This document shows, one piece after another, positions 17,711 to 31,595 of a DNA stretch of 64,000 nucleotides. The position numbers were made by a program, and so were the translations under genes. How positions within the stretch are numbered: the stretch's first letter is position 1; every line of letters starts with the position of its first letter. The DNA is from the human T2T-CHM13v2.0 reference genome, Homo sapiens: NCBI RefSeq assembly GCF_009914755.1, contig NC_060941.1. The stretch is one strand, 5' to 3'. The notes beneath the pieces are model-generated. The model was not told the DNA's origin. It did not search any database and was given only the letters and a program-made list of their open reading frames with translations.

Positions 17711-18314
17711 GTCATCAGACTTAGAAGAGGGAAAAGAAATGTCTGGGTGCTTAAAGGGTAAGTGCCAGGTGGCTGGAACAAGAGAGCCCCTGACAGCAAT
17801 GCTGGGCTGTGACATCAGGGACCCCAGTGAACATAGCATACAATATGCACATGTAACACAAACCAAGGAAACAAAGCTCTAAAATCAGGTTTGTTTTTTA
17901 ATTTGGGGAAATCTTTCAAAAGGAAGCATTTTATTGGATAATTTTCTTAACGTCAGTGCACAATTCTCCTCTTGATTTTCTTGAGTCTGATGAGAGTCCA
18001 GACAGCTGACAGCCTCGCATTTGGAGGGAGGGGAAACTCACCAGTGGTAAACAGGACCATTTGTAGAAAAGTTTTTATATCACCCCACTCTTGCCTAGAG
18101 GGAGGTCTGCTTCCCACTAAAGCTGGGGTGACTCAGTGCAGAGGTAGTGGGTCGCAGGCCAGCAGAGGCATATGGTCTTTTATTGCCCTGACAAATTCAA
18201 ACAGATCAGGTGAGTGACCTCTTCCACACTGAAGAGGATCAACGGATCAAGAGCAATGGCTTGCTTCTCATTAAGAACAGAAATACACATGGTCATTGTA
18301 AGAGGTCAAACACA

Positions 18315-18613
18315 GCCAAGGGCGGTGGCTCACGCCTGTAATCTCAGCACTTTGGGAGGCCGAGGCAGGTGCATCTCTTGAGCTCAGGAGTTCAAGACCA
18401 GACTGGGCAACATGGTGAAACCCCATCTCTACAAAAAATACAAAAATTAGCTGGGCATGGTGGCACACACCTGTAGCTCCAGCTACTTGGGAGGCTGAGC
18501 CCAGGAGGGTGAGAGGATCACTTGAGCCCAGGAGGTCGAGGTTGCAATGAGCCATGTTCACGACACTGCACTCCAGCCTGGGTGACACTGCGAGACCGTG
18601 TCTCAAAAAAAAA
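18315..18613 (+). mobile_element. AluJ-type
   Basis: TSD AAGAGGTCAAACAC. Confidence 0.92.
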
Positions 18614-19129
18614 GAGGTCAAACACCTGGATATGAAAGAGAGGTTAAGTGTCCCCCAGGCAGAGACTGTGACTCTGAAGAGTGTGCAAAGTAGAGGCAGG
18701 AGGCCTCAGGCCAAGCAGGCTTTCAGAATAACCCAGCAAAATAGTCTCAGCGAGCCAAGGGGCCCCTGGGTTCTCAGGTCAGGTTTGCACACTCCATCAC
18801 TTAGCAACTGTGTGACTAGGCTACCTAACTTCATCAAGCCTCAGTTTCTCCGCTTACAAAATGGAGACAATCCTGTCTAGTTTGCAGGACTGTTCAAGAG
18901 AGCAGAGTAATTCTATTAAAGTGCCTAACAGAGCCTGGCATCTGGCAGCTTACAGGAGTTATCTTATCAGAGATGATCCTAAGTCCGTGTCCGGTTACAC
19001 TTTGTAAAGAATGTTCATGGTAAATCTTCAAAAGCACTGGGCATAGCCGAGGAGACTGAGAATTTGAAAATACAATGGTTTTGGAGGAATGAGACCTGAA
19101 TCACCAGTGATTCTGCAACAACCCCTAGT

Positions 19130-19890
19130 GATCATCCAGTTGCTCAGGTCAAAGTGCAAATCTTGGCCTCTGCGTTCTCTCACGTCAGCAAATCCAGCCA
19201 GCGCCTCCTGCCAAGCACACCCCAGCCGAGCCTCTCCTCACCACCTACTGTCACTACCTTCACATTGATCCAGCCTTCACTATGACAGTCACCTCCCACT
19301 CCTTCTTTCCCTCTACAGCCAGTTCTCCACCAAGAGCCACTTATCTTTTTATACTTAGATCAGTCAACATCATACCCTGCTCAAAACCCTCCCATGGCCT
19401 CCCATCCTGATCCTCCAGCCTCCCTACCTCCCCATTTCCCTTGCTCACTGTCCGGCCAGGCCTCCTTGCTGTTCCTCGAATATTCCAAGCACATGCCTAC
19501 AGCGGGCCCTTGGGTTGCTGCTTTTCCCACCTGGAGTGCTCCTCCCACACCCATCACCATGGCTCACTCCCCCGTGACCAACAGGTCTGTGCCCAAAAGT
19601 CACCTCCTCAAAGAGGCCCTTCCTGACCACCCATCCAAAATAGCAGAGAAAAACAGTACAAACTTTTTAAAATTAAAAATAAATAAATACATAAATAAAT
19701 AAAATAGCAGTTCTGGCCACTTCCCCTCCTCCCTTGTCTGACTTTATTTTCATTCTTCCCACCACCTGGTGCTTGTTTCTTGCTGTCTTCCTGAGTAGAT
19801 TACAAGTTCCCCAAAGGCAGGGTCCTTCTCTGTCTTGTGTACCACTGTTATCCCAGTGCCCACAACAGGGCTTCGGAGCACTTACGCATG
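19130..19890 (+). mobile_element. L2 3' portion
   Basis: CTGCTCAAAACCCTCCCATGGC...GAGGCCCTTCCTGACCACCC...CACTGTTATCCCAGTGCC. Confidence 0.65.
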
Positions 19891-19946
19891 AAGAAATGTG
19901 TCTAAGTCGAAAAGTGAAAAAGGTCCGGCCCAGCAGCCAGCTTTAC

Positions 19947-20194
19947 CTTCTTCCCAGCTGTGGGGCTGCTCTCCGCACTCTGCAGGGGGCTCCTCTGGGG
20001 GCTTCGGCTTTCCTGGGGGACACACCTGCCCATGTACACGCTGTAGTCGAGAAGCATCTTCTGCCGCACGCTGCCTGCCAGCTCCTTCTGCTTTGGCTGT
20101 GACATGATCTCCTCCACACTGCCTTTGCTGCTGCTGCGGCTGTGGGTCAGGTGCCCGGACGGACTGTTGTGTCTGCTGTGTGCAGGCAAAAGCC
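19947..20194 (-). CDS. TEX2: TEX2 exon 5 (248 nt, GLLPAHSRHNSPSG...SSPTAGKK); in-frame alternative acceptor 21 nt upstream at 20215
   Basis: Acceptor cttcttggctccag|GG, donor AAG|GTAAA, phase 1/0. Confidence 0.93.
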
Positions 20195-20312
20195 CTGGAG
20201 CCAAGAAGACGGGGGCTATTCACACAATGAAGAAAACAACTGCAAAGTAAGCGGACTCCTGAGAAAAGCAGCTACAATGCTATCAAATGACTGTTTAAAA
20301 ATATTTATAAGG

Positions 20313-20676
<364 letters not shown>

Positions 20677-21480
20677 TTATTCCTCTCCAAGATAATTAGA
20701 GTAATGGAAGTAAAGAAATATAGTTGGTAGGTACTATTCTCTTTTCTCCTGATGATCTTTTAGGAAAAGGTCAAATATAGGACCAACACATCCCAAGTAG
20801 TGGCGAACTTGTCAGTGCTATCAGGGGTAAATGGAAAGTGGGTAGAGAGCTAATTAATTGTTCATCCACAAGCTCACAGCAATTCCAAAGATGTCATCTT
20901 TCATTCGACAAATTATGCATCAAGCACTTTCAAGCACACCATGCTAAAAAGAAGACATAATCCCTGCCCTTGAACTCACGCACCTAAGCAGATAAATCAC
21001 AATCTTCTGTAACAAGTGTCAAAATTGTAGCACAACTAAGGGACTCTCTGGGCAAAAAGAAGGGGGTGACTACCTCTGCCCAAGAGACTGGAGCGGTGCT
21101 TACCCTAGCTGACTTTCACAGCAGTGACATCTACGCTGTATCTTGAGGGAATAGTTGCCATTTTCCTGGCCCAGGTGGGGAAGAGTATTCCAGGTACAGG
21201 AAGCAGCATATGCAAAAAGCAGTGACAGGGCACAGTATGTTTGGAGGCCAGTGAGAGATTCAGTGAAGTTCTAAGCATAGTACGGGGGGCAGAGGATAGG
21301 AAATGAGGATGGAGAGATTAGCCAGGAACAGACTGCAAAGTGCCTCAAAAGCCAACCTCGAATTTAATATTGACCCTGTTGCGCCAGAGGTTTTAAGCAT
21401 GGGATGCGCCTGATGCTAACAATTTTATTTAGATTTACTCTGATGGCCAGGTGAAACGTAAAGTGGTTAAAATCAAACCA

Positions 21481-21800
21481 GGCTGGGCGCGGTGGCTCAC
21501 GCCTATAATCTCGGCACTTTGGGAGGCCGAGACAGATGAATCACTTCAGGTCAGGAGTTCGAGACCAGCCTGGCCGACATGATGAAACCCCATCTCTACT
21601 AAAAATACAAAACATTAGCCTGGCATGGTGGCCTGTACCTGTAGTCCTAGCTACTGGGGGAGGCTGAAGGCAGGATAATCGCTTCAACCTGGGAGGCGGA
21701 GGTTGCAGTGAGCCAAGATCATACCACTGCACTCCAGCTTGGGCAACAGAGCAAGACTCTGTCTCAAAAAAAAAAAAAAGAAAGAAAGAAAGAAAGAAAT
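21481..21800 (+). mobile_element. Alu (S-type) with (GAAA)n tail
   Basis: TSD AAATCAAACCA. Confidence 0.93.
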
Positions 21801-23236
21801 CAAAAAATCAAATCAAACCATTTTCTTCTTAAGAGGCTCCAACCATCAGAACCATAATTCCCCAGAGCCTCACAAAGGGTCACGCAAGCCATTTCTTAAT
21901 TTAAATTTTAGCCAGATAATTTCCAGCACTTTAATATTTTACACTGCATAACTATAAAAATACATTTTTGTAACTTTTATTATCCTTATACCGTTTTCAT
22001 GTTTAGCATTTTTTTAATTGCTAGGATAAAAGCTACATCAAAAACATTAAAAAATAGATGTAAACTAATATTACATTTAATATCCTGGATTGGATCCTGG
22101 AAGAGAAAAAGGACATTAGTAGAAAAACCAGTGAAATCCAAATAAAGATTACAGTTTAGTTAATAGTAAAAAAGAGAAAAAAAGATGAAATAAACAGGGC
22201 AGCATGATACCAACACTTCAAACCAAACTGATCCCATTGTGACTGAGCCACACTCCATGTAGAGGAGGAAAGGAACCCCCTACGAGGCCTGGCTGGTGCT
22301 CATTGCCCACAGAACAGCCTCTTCACATCACCTCACCCTTCCCCTGAGTGGGACAAAGCACAGGAGTCGTCACTGCACTGTGGGTCTCATGGACAATAGC
22401 CCCTGATAAAGTCAAGGACCTTCCTGTGCAGAGACCATACTGGAATTCTGCCAAATGACCATGTGGCTTTCCTGCTGTCTCCAGATTCTTATTCCTCCGG
22501 GAGGCCTTTCCTGACCTGCAGCCTGGGCACTGCTGGCTGGAAATGCAGAATCTCAGCCCCACCCATGGCCTCGAGTCAGAACCTGCATCTTAAGATCCCG
22601 TCAAACATTCAAGTCTGAGAAGCACAATCCGTGTTGCTAGAGAAATCTATGATTTTGGTGACAGCATCCCTGAGGGAGAGGACAGGGCAGGTCGTCGAGC
22701 AGGAAGACTTCTAACTTCTTGGTACTGATAGATGTACCTGGCCTCAGAGAATCAGACCAGTCCTACCTTCACGGCTGACCACCTATGTAGTCACTGATTC
22801 AGAGATGGTTTTGAAGAACAGCACAGTGCTCAACAATTTACCTTGCTACTAGTTTAATCACACTTTTGGTGGCTTAAACTTACCATAAATATCTCAATTC
22901 ATAGCTTTCAAAGGCAACCCAGACTTACAGATGTACGAAGACATTAGTGGTGTGTAAGCCTTGCTTTAGTACCAGTGAGTGCACTGAAGGTTTTCCCACA
23001 TCTCTGACTCTTACCATTATGTTTGTTGTGTGCTGAGTGGAACTTTTGGCAGGATTTCCAAAAATTGAACTCGTTAAAAATAATCAAATGCTTTATTTAA
23101 GTCCATGAATAACATGCCTCTTTTGAAGGTGCTCTGGGGGGCCCCTAAGTACCTAAGGTGGTGTTTCCTGGTGGCCCCATATACCCCCGTGGGTTACCTG
23201 ATTCTGAGCTTCAGTGCCTAGACCAGTAGACCTTTA

Positions 23237-23870
<634 letters not shown>

Positions 23871-23946
23871 GTTTAGACCTACCAGGAGAGCTAGGCAGTG
23901 CCTGGTGCTGAGGAGTTCTTACCCACTTGAATTTTCTTTTACTCAG

Positions 23947-24378
23947 TGTTATGGGTTGAATTGTGTCCTCCAAAAAATATGTTAAAGTCCTAACCCCAGT
24001 ATCTCAGAATGTGACCTTATTTGGAAACAGAGTCATTGTAGATGCCATTCATTAAAATAAAGTCATACTAGAAACAGGGTGGGCTCCTAATCCCATATGA
24101 CTGGTGTCCTTCCAAGAAGACACAGAGCCACTGACAGACAATGCCATGTGATGATAGGCCAGTGTGGAGTGATGCGGCTGCGGGCCAAGTATTGATGGTC
24201 ACCACCAGAAGCTGCAAACACGCAAGGAAGGATTCTATGCAGAGTCTCACAAGGAGCATGGCCCTGCTAACACCTTGATTTCAGACTTCCAGCCTCCAGT
24301 ACTGTGAGAGAATACATTTCTGTTGTAAATCACCCAGCTTGTGGTATTTTGTCCCAGCAGCCCTAGGAAATAAATATA
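23947..24378 (+). mobile_element. MaLR solo LTR (MLT1B/C-like)
   Basis: TGTTATGGGTTGAATTGTGTCC start; GAATGTGACCTTATTTGGAAA; CAGACTTCCAGCCTCCAG; GCAGCCCTAGGAAA end. Confidence 0.8.
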
Positions 24379-25330
24379 TCTAGTAATCTCCCCATTCGTC
24401 TTGATTCTTAAAAGGGACTTCTTAGATCTCAGTGCTGGGATTAGGATGGAATCTGGTGTTGAAGCTGACAGAATGGAAGGTTAGCAAAGGAGTTAGGGCA
24501 AAGGCTCAGATTATGTTCCAGGGGAAGGAACCAAAGCACTCTGAAGCAATGTGTGACACTCACGTGACCAGCATAACTCCTGGATCAACACAAATGCCTT
24601 GTTAGAGAAAGCCCCAGAGTGGCTCCCTCCTAGTCTTTGTTTCAGATCCATGTAAGAAAGCTTTCCCTAATAACACCCACACTGGTCTTGTCCCAATTAT
24701 TGGTTACACCACACTCATTTTATCATGGCAATTTGTGAACACCTGACTCATACGTGCCAGTTTTGCATAACAGGCACAACACCTGAAGGACAGGGGAGCT
24801 ACCGCTTTCTACTGGTTTTGTGTCTCTTGCAGCTCCAAGCCCAGCCAAAGCTGAGCAAAGAGGTGCTGCATGGTTATCAATCCGAATGACCATGATCTGA
24901 CCTGAATGGTCAGGAAGTGCAAGGATTCTGCATTCTATGGCAAGCTCAGGCTCGGAAGACATATTGAGGGTCAGGTGCTCGAAAGTACCAGCCTGAAGGA
25001 TCTCCCTGACTCACCTGCCATCTCAGAACCAGGGTTTTTCTGTTGCTGCTTCTCTCAGGGGAGTCACATTATATACAAATAAAACATAACCAGCAAAGGC
25101 TAATAAACATCATCTGCAAATGGATCCATCATTGGTTAAATGATTTGGGACAGAGGGCTGCAGTGATCAGCCTAGATGGTAAATGAGTCATGAGAACGCA
25201 CATTAGGTGGCAGACAACCATCAGTTCAGGGTGGGCTTCCTTCCTTCCTTCCTTCCTACCTGGCATTCTTTCTCTATTCTCCCTAGTGGCCCTTTAAAAA
25301 TGCATAAGCATTTAGCACAAACATCATTAC

Positions 25331-25661
25331 CTGGTTTACCTCCAGAGACACCCGATGACTTCTTGATTTCCGACTTTAGCTTAGATGCCAGAATAAATCT
25401 CCTAAACCATTCCTCTTTTTCTCGGCCAGTTCTCCCAAAGAGATAGAGTATCTGATCTCGCTGGCTAGATCTTGTTCCCTCCTGAGGGCGGGGTGGCTTC
25501 TTAGGGTCCTCACTTCCCTCAGCTGGCGGCTTCTCTTCTGAAGTCTCCTTATCAGTCTGAGCTTTAGACATAAAGTCATCTTGCTGACCAAGCTCGATAC
25601 AAATGGGGTACTTTTTATTCCAGATTCGCTTTCGAGCCAAAGTTTTAGGTACAAGATAAAT
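25331..25661 (-). CDS. TEX2: TEX2 exon 4 (331 nt, IYLVPKTLARKRIWNKKYPI...SGGKP; includes PH-type LYLFGRTGREKEEWF)
   Basis: Acceptor tttctctgtag|ATT, donor CAG|GTAAT, phase 0/1. Confidence 0.95.
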
Positions 25662-26375
25662 CTACAGAGAAAGAAAAATGATGATTTATATATTAAAGAT
25701 TGGCTACACTATGCATTAATATTATGCATAGCACAAAGTGCAAACCTTATAGACTTTTTGACTAAAATGATGAATATGAAATAACTTTCAACACTTGTTC
25801 ATAACATGACTACAGAAACTGGAATTTTCAGAAGTGTCTTGTTATTCTTCAAAATCATTCCACAAAGTAGGCATTTAATAATTTTGCGAGAGTTATAAAT
25901 ATCCGTAATTTTCAGGTGGCAGTAGCACAATAATAATGTTTAGCTGCTTATCATCAACTATGTTTGGCTATCAACTGAATTTAATGACCTTGGACCAAAC
26001 TTAAGTTGGAAGAAAAAAAAAGATAGCTAAAATCTAGATGGGAAGCTAAAGTCAACCTTGAGTATCAAACTCAAGTTAAGAATAAACTTATATAAAAACT
26101 ATTTTAAGTACTTCTCTCACATTGGAGAAATCTAAAGATCATTCAGATGAACTGTAAGAACAGAGAAACAATAGCTTTGTGGAATACATAATTTACATTT
26201 CTCACAAAAATAGAAGTATATAATACTTAATCAAAATGTAGTTATTTTGCATATCTATCATTTGCACATGTACAAAGACTTCAATAGTTAAGTACCGCAG
26301 AACACCACACATAGCCACACAGCTTTTTGTTTGACTGAAATAATTAGCTTTTAAAGGCAGAATTCTGAGTGCACA

Positions 26376-26539
26376 ACACTTGTTCCTCAAGTTGTGGTCT
26401 GTGGACCAGCAGCCTGAGTATCATCTGGGAGCTCATAAAAATGCAGGCCCGAGGCCCTGCCCACAGCTACTGAATCAGAATCTGCATTTAACAAGATGCC
26501 CAGGTGATGTGCATAAACTTTAAAGTGTGAGAGGTACTG
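26376..26539. mobile_element. MER5A MITE (related MER5 copies near 22520-22625 and 9700-9850)
   Basis: GTGGTCTGTGGACCAGCAGC...CTACTGAATCAGAATCTGCATTTAACAAGAT...CAGGTGAT. Confidence 0.7.
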
Positions 26540-26665
26540 TCCCCTAAGGTATACTGTTCAACGACCACAAACCTTTTTAGGGTATAAAAAAATGCAGTTA
26601 AGCATCCAAGATGCCATATGCTTTTCATTCATCTAAGCTATCCTTCCAAAATTGCTCAGGCTCAC

Positions 26666-26866
26666 CTTGCTGTCTGAGAGGTCATAGATTTTCTGGCTGA
26701 TGTAGGTGACCTCTGGCTTGGGTTCATTGTAGCTGGCCCTCCTGGATATATTTTTATTGGGCTTTGAAAGTCTTAAGGTTCCACCCTCAAGTCGAACAAA
26801 GACTGAATGTGTCAAAGTCGCATGGTAGGTTTCTGGATCATAGTTGTAAATCTCATTCATCCATCC
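26666..26866 (-). CDS. TEX2: TEX2 exon 3 (201 nt, GWMNEIYNYD...YDLSDSK; start of PH-like region)
   Basis: Acceptor cttcatcag|GGA, donor AAG|GTGAG, phase 0/0, in frame with exon 2. Confidence 0.95.
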
Positions 26867-28597
26867 CTGATGAAGAAAAACTTCCATTAGTAATATCAGA
26901 ATAATCGCAAATCTGATTTAGTGTGAAATGATGAACACTGTGGTATTTGGGACACTGAAACCAAACTTGATCACGACACAGATATCAGCTCACCAATGAC
27001 TACAGGTTGCAAAGAGAAGTGCTTAGCTGGGAGGATAACTGGAACTGAGGAGGTTTTTGATAACCAAAAATCTGGATTTGGAGGAAAAATGGCAATGTTC
27101 ATTATCCTAAATAAAAGGTTCTTTCTTTTTTTAAAGCTTATAAGCACATCAGGAAACTCAGAAGATTTGTTCATGTGACTGAGCAAGCCTCTCTGCCTGA
27201 CCTCCTTTGGGGTGATTAATCCCACCCAGTCTGGCCTTCTTAATTAGCTAAACACATGCTCTTCCCAGCCCAGTTGGAATCTTTGAAATTTCAGGTATTA
27301 ATTCATGTTATCACAGGACTCAGAGAACTACCTCTCCACTTCTGTTGCACTACAATATGTACCTCATTGAAACCATGCAGTAAAGCAGATGATTGAGAAT
27401 TAGGCATTAAATACATCGTAAATATAATCAATAATATATCAAAATTCAAAGATACATAGTAACTTAAATGGGTAAAATTGTGCTCCAGGTACCCCTGCCA
27501 AATTGGACATAAATGATTTTGTGTTACATATCTTGATTTTTTAAAAGAGCCAACACTGAAATGTATGACAAAAAATACATACACAAAAGCCTAATACACT
27601 ATACACTGTGTTAAAGCTAATCTCATAGCTGTCATCATCATTCATCACTGAACACTTCTCCTGCCTCAAATACTTTTTCAGGTTATGAGTAGCCCAGATC
27701 TCACAAAAGAAGTCCTCTGGGGAGTTTTAATTGATATCTTCCTACTCTCCCCAACTTTTTAAAAATACATGTCTTTGTAATGAGCAGAGAGATGCTAAAG
27801 CTCACTACATGGGAGTTGGGACTGTCATTCTTTTCAAGCAATAGCCATTTCCATGCTAAGTATTTGAGTCTCACACTAAAGTCTTGAATTGAAAGCCTAT
27901 GAGAATGAGGACTCCTCAGAATTCTTTCATTCATCCTTTTATTAAAACACGCATTGAATCTATGTGCGAAGCAATGGGTTAGGAGTTGGGACAAAGATTT
28001 TTTAAAAGGACAGGATTCTTGATCCAAAGGTGCCTCCAAAAGAGTAGAGAATTAGGTCTTCATTCCCGTATCCTATGACCCCACTGTAGTAAACATAATA
28101 GAGACAAGTTGTCACAAACAGAGCACCTAAGTGTGAAGTGGAAGGAAAAATGGACAAACATATCTCTTTGTCATGGGGGAAAGAGTGTGAAACTTATGAG
28201 CCAATTATATGGATTTATATACCTCAGTAGATGTTTTGGCCTGAGCTGGGAGGTTCTCTCCCTCCTCCCAAAGAATGACCGGACAGGAGCAGCATCTATT
28301 CAACAATATTGAGTGAGCAAGCAGTGGCCATGGGAAGAGGCGTTTGTGAGGAAACAGCAACAATCAGAGCAATGAAGAGAAAAAGATGACAATTACAGAT
28401 CACAGTGGGGCCTGAAGTGGACTGTATTGTCAGAGCATCCGTTTGGGTGGGTGTATTTTTGCTAAATGTAGAACTAAGTACTTTCTTTGGCTCACAGTTT
28501 TTTTGTCTTTTTCTTTAGTCTGTTCTTATGGCAAATTACATTCATTGACTTTCAAATGTTGAACCAGTCTTGCATTCTCAGGATTAAGGATGTATGA

Positions 28598-28749
28598 GTC
28601 ATGATGTGCTGAAATTGGGCTGTATCAGCTCACAAGAACGGATTCTACACATCTCTTCCTAACTCCATGTTCAGTGACTTCACGTTGGTAGCTTTCAACT
28701 GGCAACAGTGGGAGTTGCTACATCACGGAAATCAGGGAATAGTCAAATC

Positions 28750-28786
<37 letters not shown>

Positions 28787-28812
28787 GAGAGCCAGTTTAC
28801 CAGCATAACACT
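28598..28812 (+). mobile_element. MER63A-like hAT-Blackjack MITE with expanded internal poly-T
   Basis: CATCTCTTCCTAACTCCATGTTCAGTGACTTCACGTTGGTAGCTT and terminal GGAGAGCCAGTTTACCAGCATAACACT. Confidence 0.7.
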
Positions 28813-29349
28813 TTGCTGATATTTTGTTCATTTGTCCCTCTAAGTTCATGAAGGAAAATGGTCTATAGTTTTCTTGCAGTGTTTTTTGGTATTAATGAGC
28901 CTCAGAAAATGCAGGTAAGTGCATTTGGGAAGTGTTCCCTCTTCTCTATTTTCTGGAAGTTTGTGTAGAATTAATAATATTTCTTCCTTAAAGGTTTGAT
29001 AGCATTTGCCCATGAAGCTATCTGGGCCTAGATTTTTCCTTGCAGAAAGGTCCCAAACTATGAATTCAATTTCTTTACTTGCTATTGGACTATTTAGGTT
29101 ATCTATTTCTTCTTGAGTAAGCTTTGGTTTGTATCTTTCAAAGAGTTTATCTATTTTATCTATGTTGTCCAATTTCTGGGCATAATGTTGTTTACAATAT
29201 TTCCCTATAATCCTGTGAATATCTGTAGTGTCTATGGTGATGCCCCCTCTTTCAGTCCTGACACTGGTAATTTGTGCTTCTCTCAAATCTTTCTTTTCGT
29301 ATGTATGTATGCACATATATATGTATATATGTATGTATCTATCATCTAT

Positions 29350-29655
<306 letters not shown>

Positions 29656-30947
29656 TAATACTATTAATTTCCCTCTAGGCACTGTATTACCTGCAATTTC
29701 TGATAGGTTGTATTTTCAGTTTCCTTCAGTTAAAAATATTTTCTATTTTCCCTTATGACTTTATCTTTAGGCCCACAGGCTGTTTAGAAGTATTTTGCTT
29801 AATTTCCAAATATTTGAGAAATTTTCAGATATCTCTCTTACTGGTTTTTAGTGTAATTTCATAATAGGAAACAGGCTTTGTATAATTTCAATTCTTTTAA
29901 GCTTGTTATATGGTCTATCTTGGTTCCAAGTGCAGTTAAAAAAAATGCATTCTGCTGTTGAGTAGGGTTTTCTATAAATATATTTATTTGTCTTTTTAAG
30001 CACAACCATTTTCACCAAAGATCTCCTGACACAGAACACACAGCTTTCTTCTTATTCAATTTGGTTGCAGAAAATACTGTCTTACATATATAACAGGTTT
30101 ACCAGGGCTAAAGTTCTAAAGGCAACTAGATTAATAAAGAACTTGAAGCAGATATAATCGTTTTTCTAAGATACTTCAGAGGTTGTTTATGCTTGCAGAG
30201 CTACTAAAACCAAGAAGAATCCATGAAGGGCGGGGGGAAGTTGGAGCTGATGAGAACTCTATTAGATCAAAACAGCCACTTGTTATCAGTGTCATTTATG
30301 AGCCATTTGGCCATACAGTCCCTGCATGCAATTGCTCTTCTTGAATCATTTCACTCTGAGCACACATCTGCTGGCTAGAGTAGAGGCTACTTGAGAATAT
30401 GGATTATGTGTGATACTGCTTTCGTCCATCCTAATACCTAAGCTGAGATGCTCAGCATTTATTTAATGGCTGTTTTTGAATTATGATAATCACAATTTGA
30501 TATAAGATAGACATTACTGCGACAAATCACCATATAAAATATTTTTCGTTATTTCCAGGTACATAGAATTACAGATACATGTACAAAAGCCAGTAGAATT
30601 AACATGATACTGGCACCAAATGAGAAAAAAAGGATTAACATGATACTGGAATTTCAGACAAAAATCCCTGCATTATGTTTATCAACCACTCACCACCAGA
30701 CTAGAAGGGCTAAAGGAGAAAAAAAAGACAAGTATTATATTACATGAAACTGTTCTCCAAGAAAAGGACAGTCTCTGAGAAATAGAGTAAAGTAAGCTGT
30801 GGGGATTTTTCCCATTTGAAACTGCTGGGATTGTACAGGTTAATTATCTGATTTATGAATAAGAGAAACTTAGGGATAAAAGTTGTTTCTCTCCAATTGC
30901 TTTCATTTCGTCTTTCCTAAATCAGAAAATGCAGACTTGTCCAGGGA

Positions 30948-31595
<648 letters not shown>

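Noticed and set aside
19882-20223. Second open frame across exon 5 (113 aa)
   Set aside because: Its ATG lies in the intron, no splice path from exon 4 enters this frame, and such frames are common in short GC-rich exons
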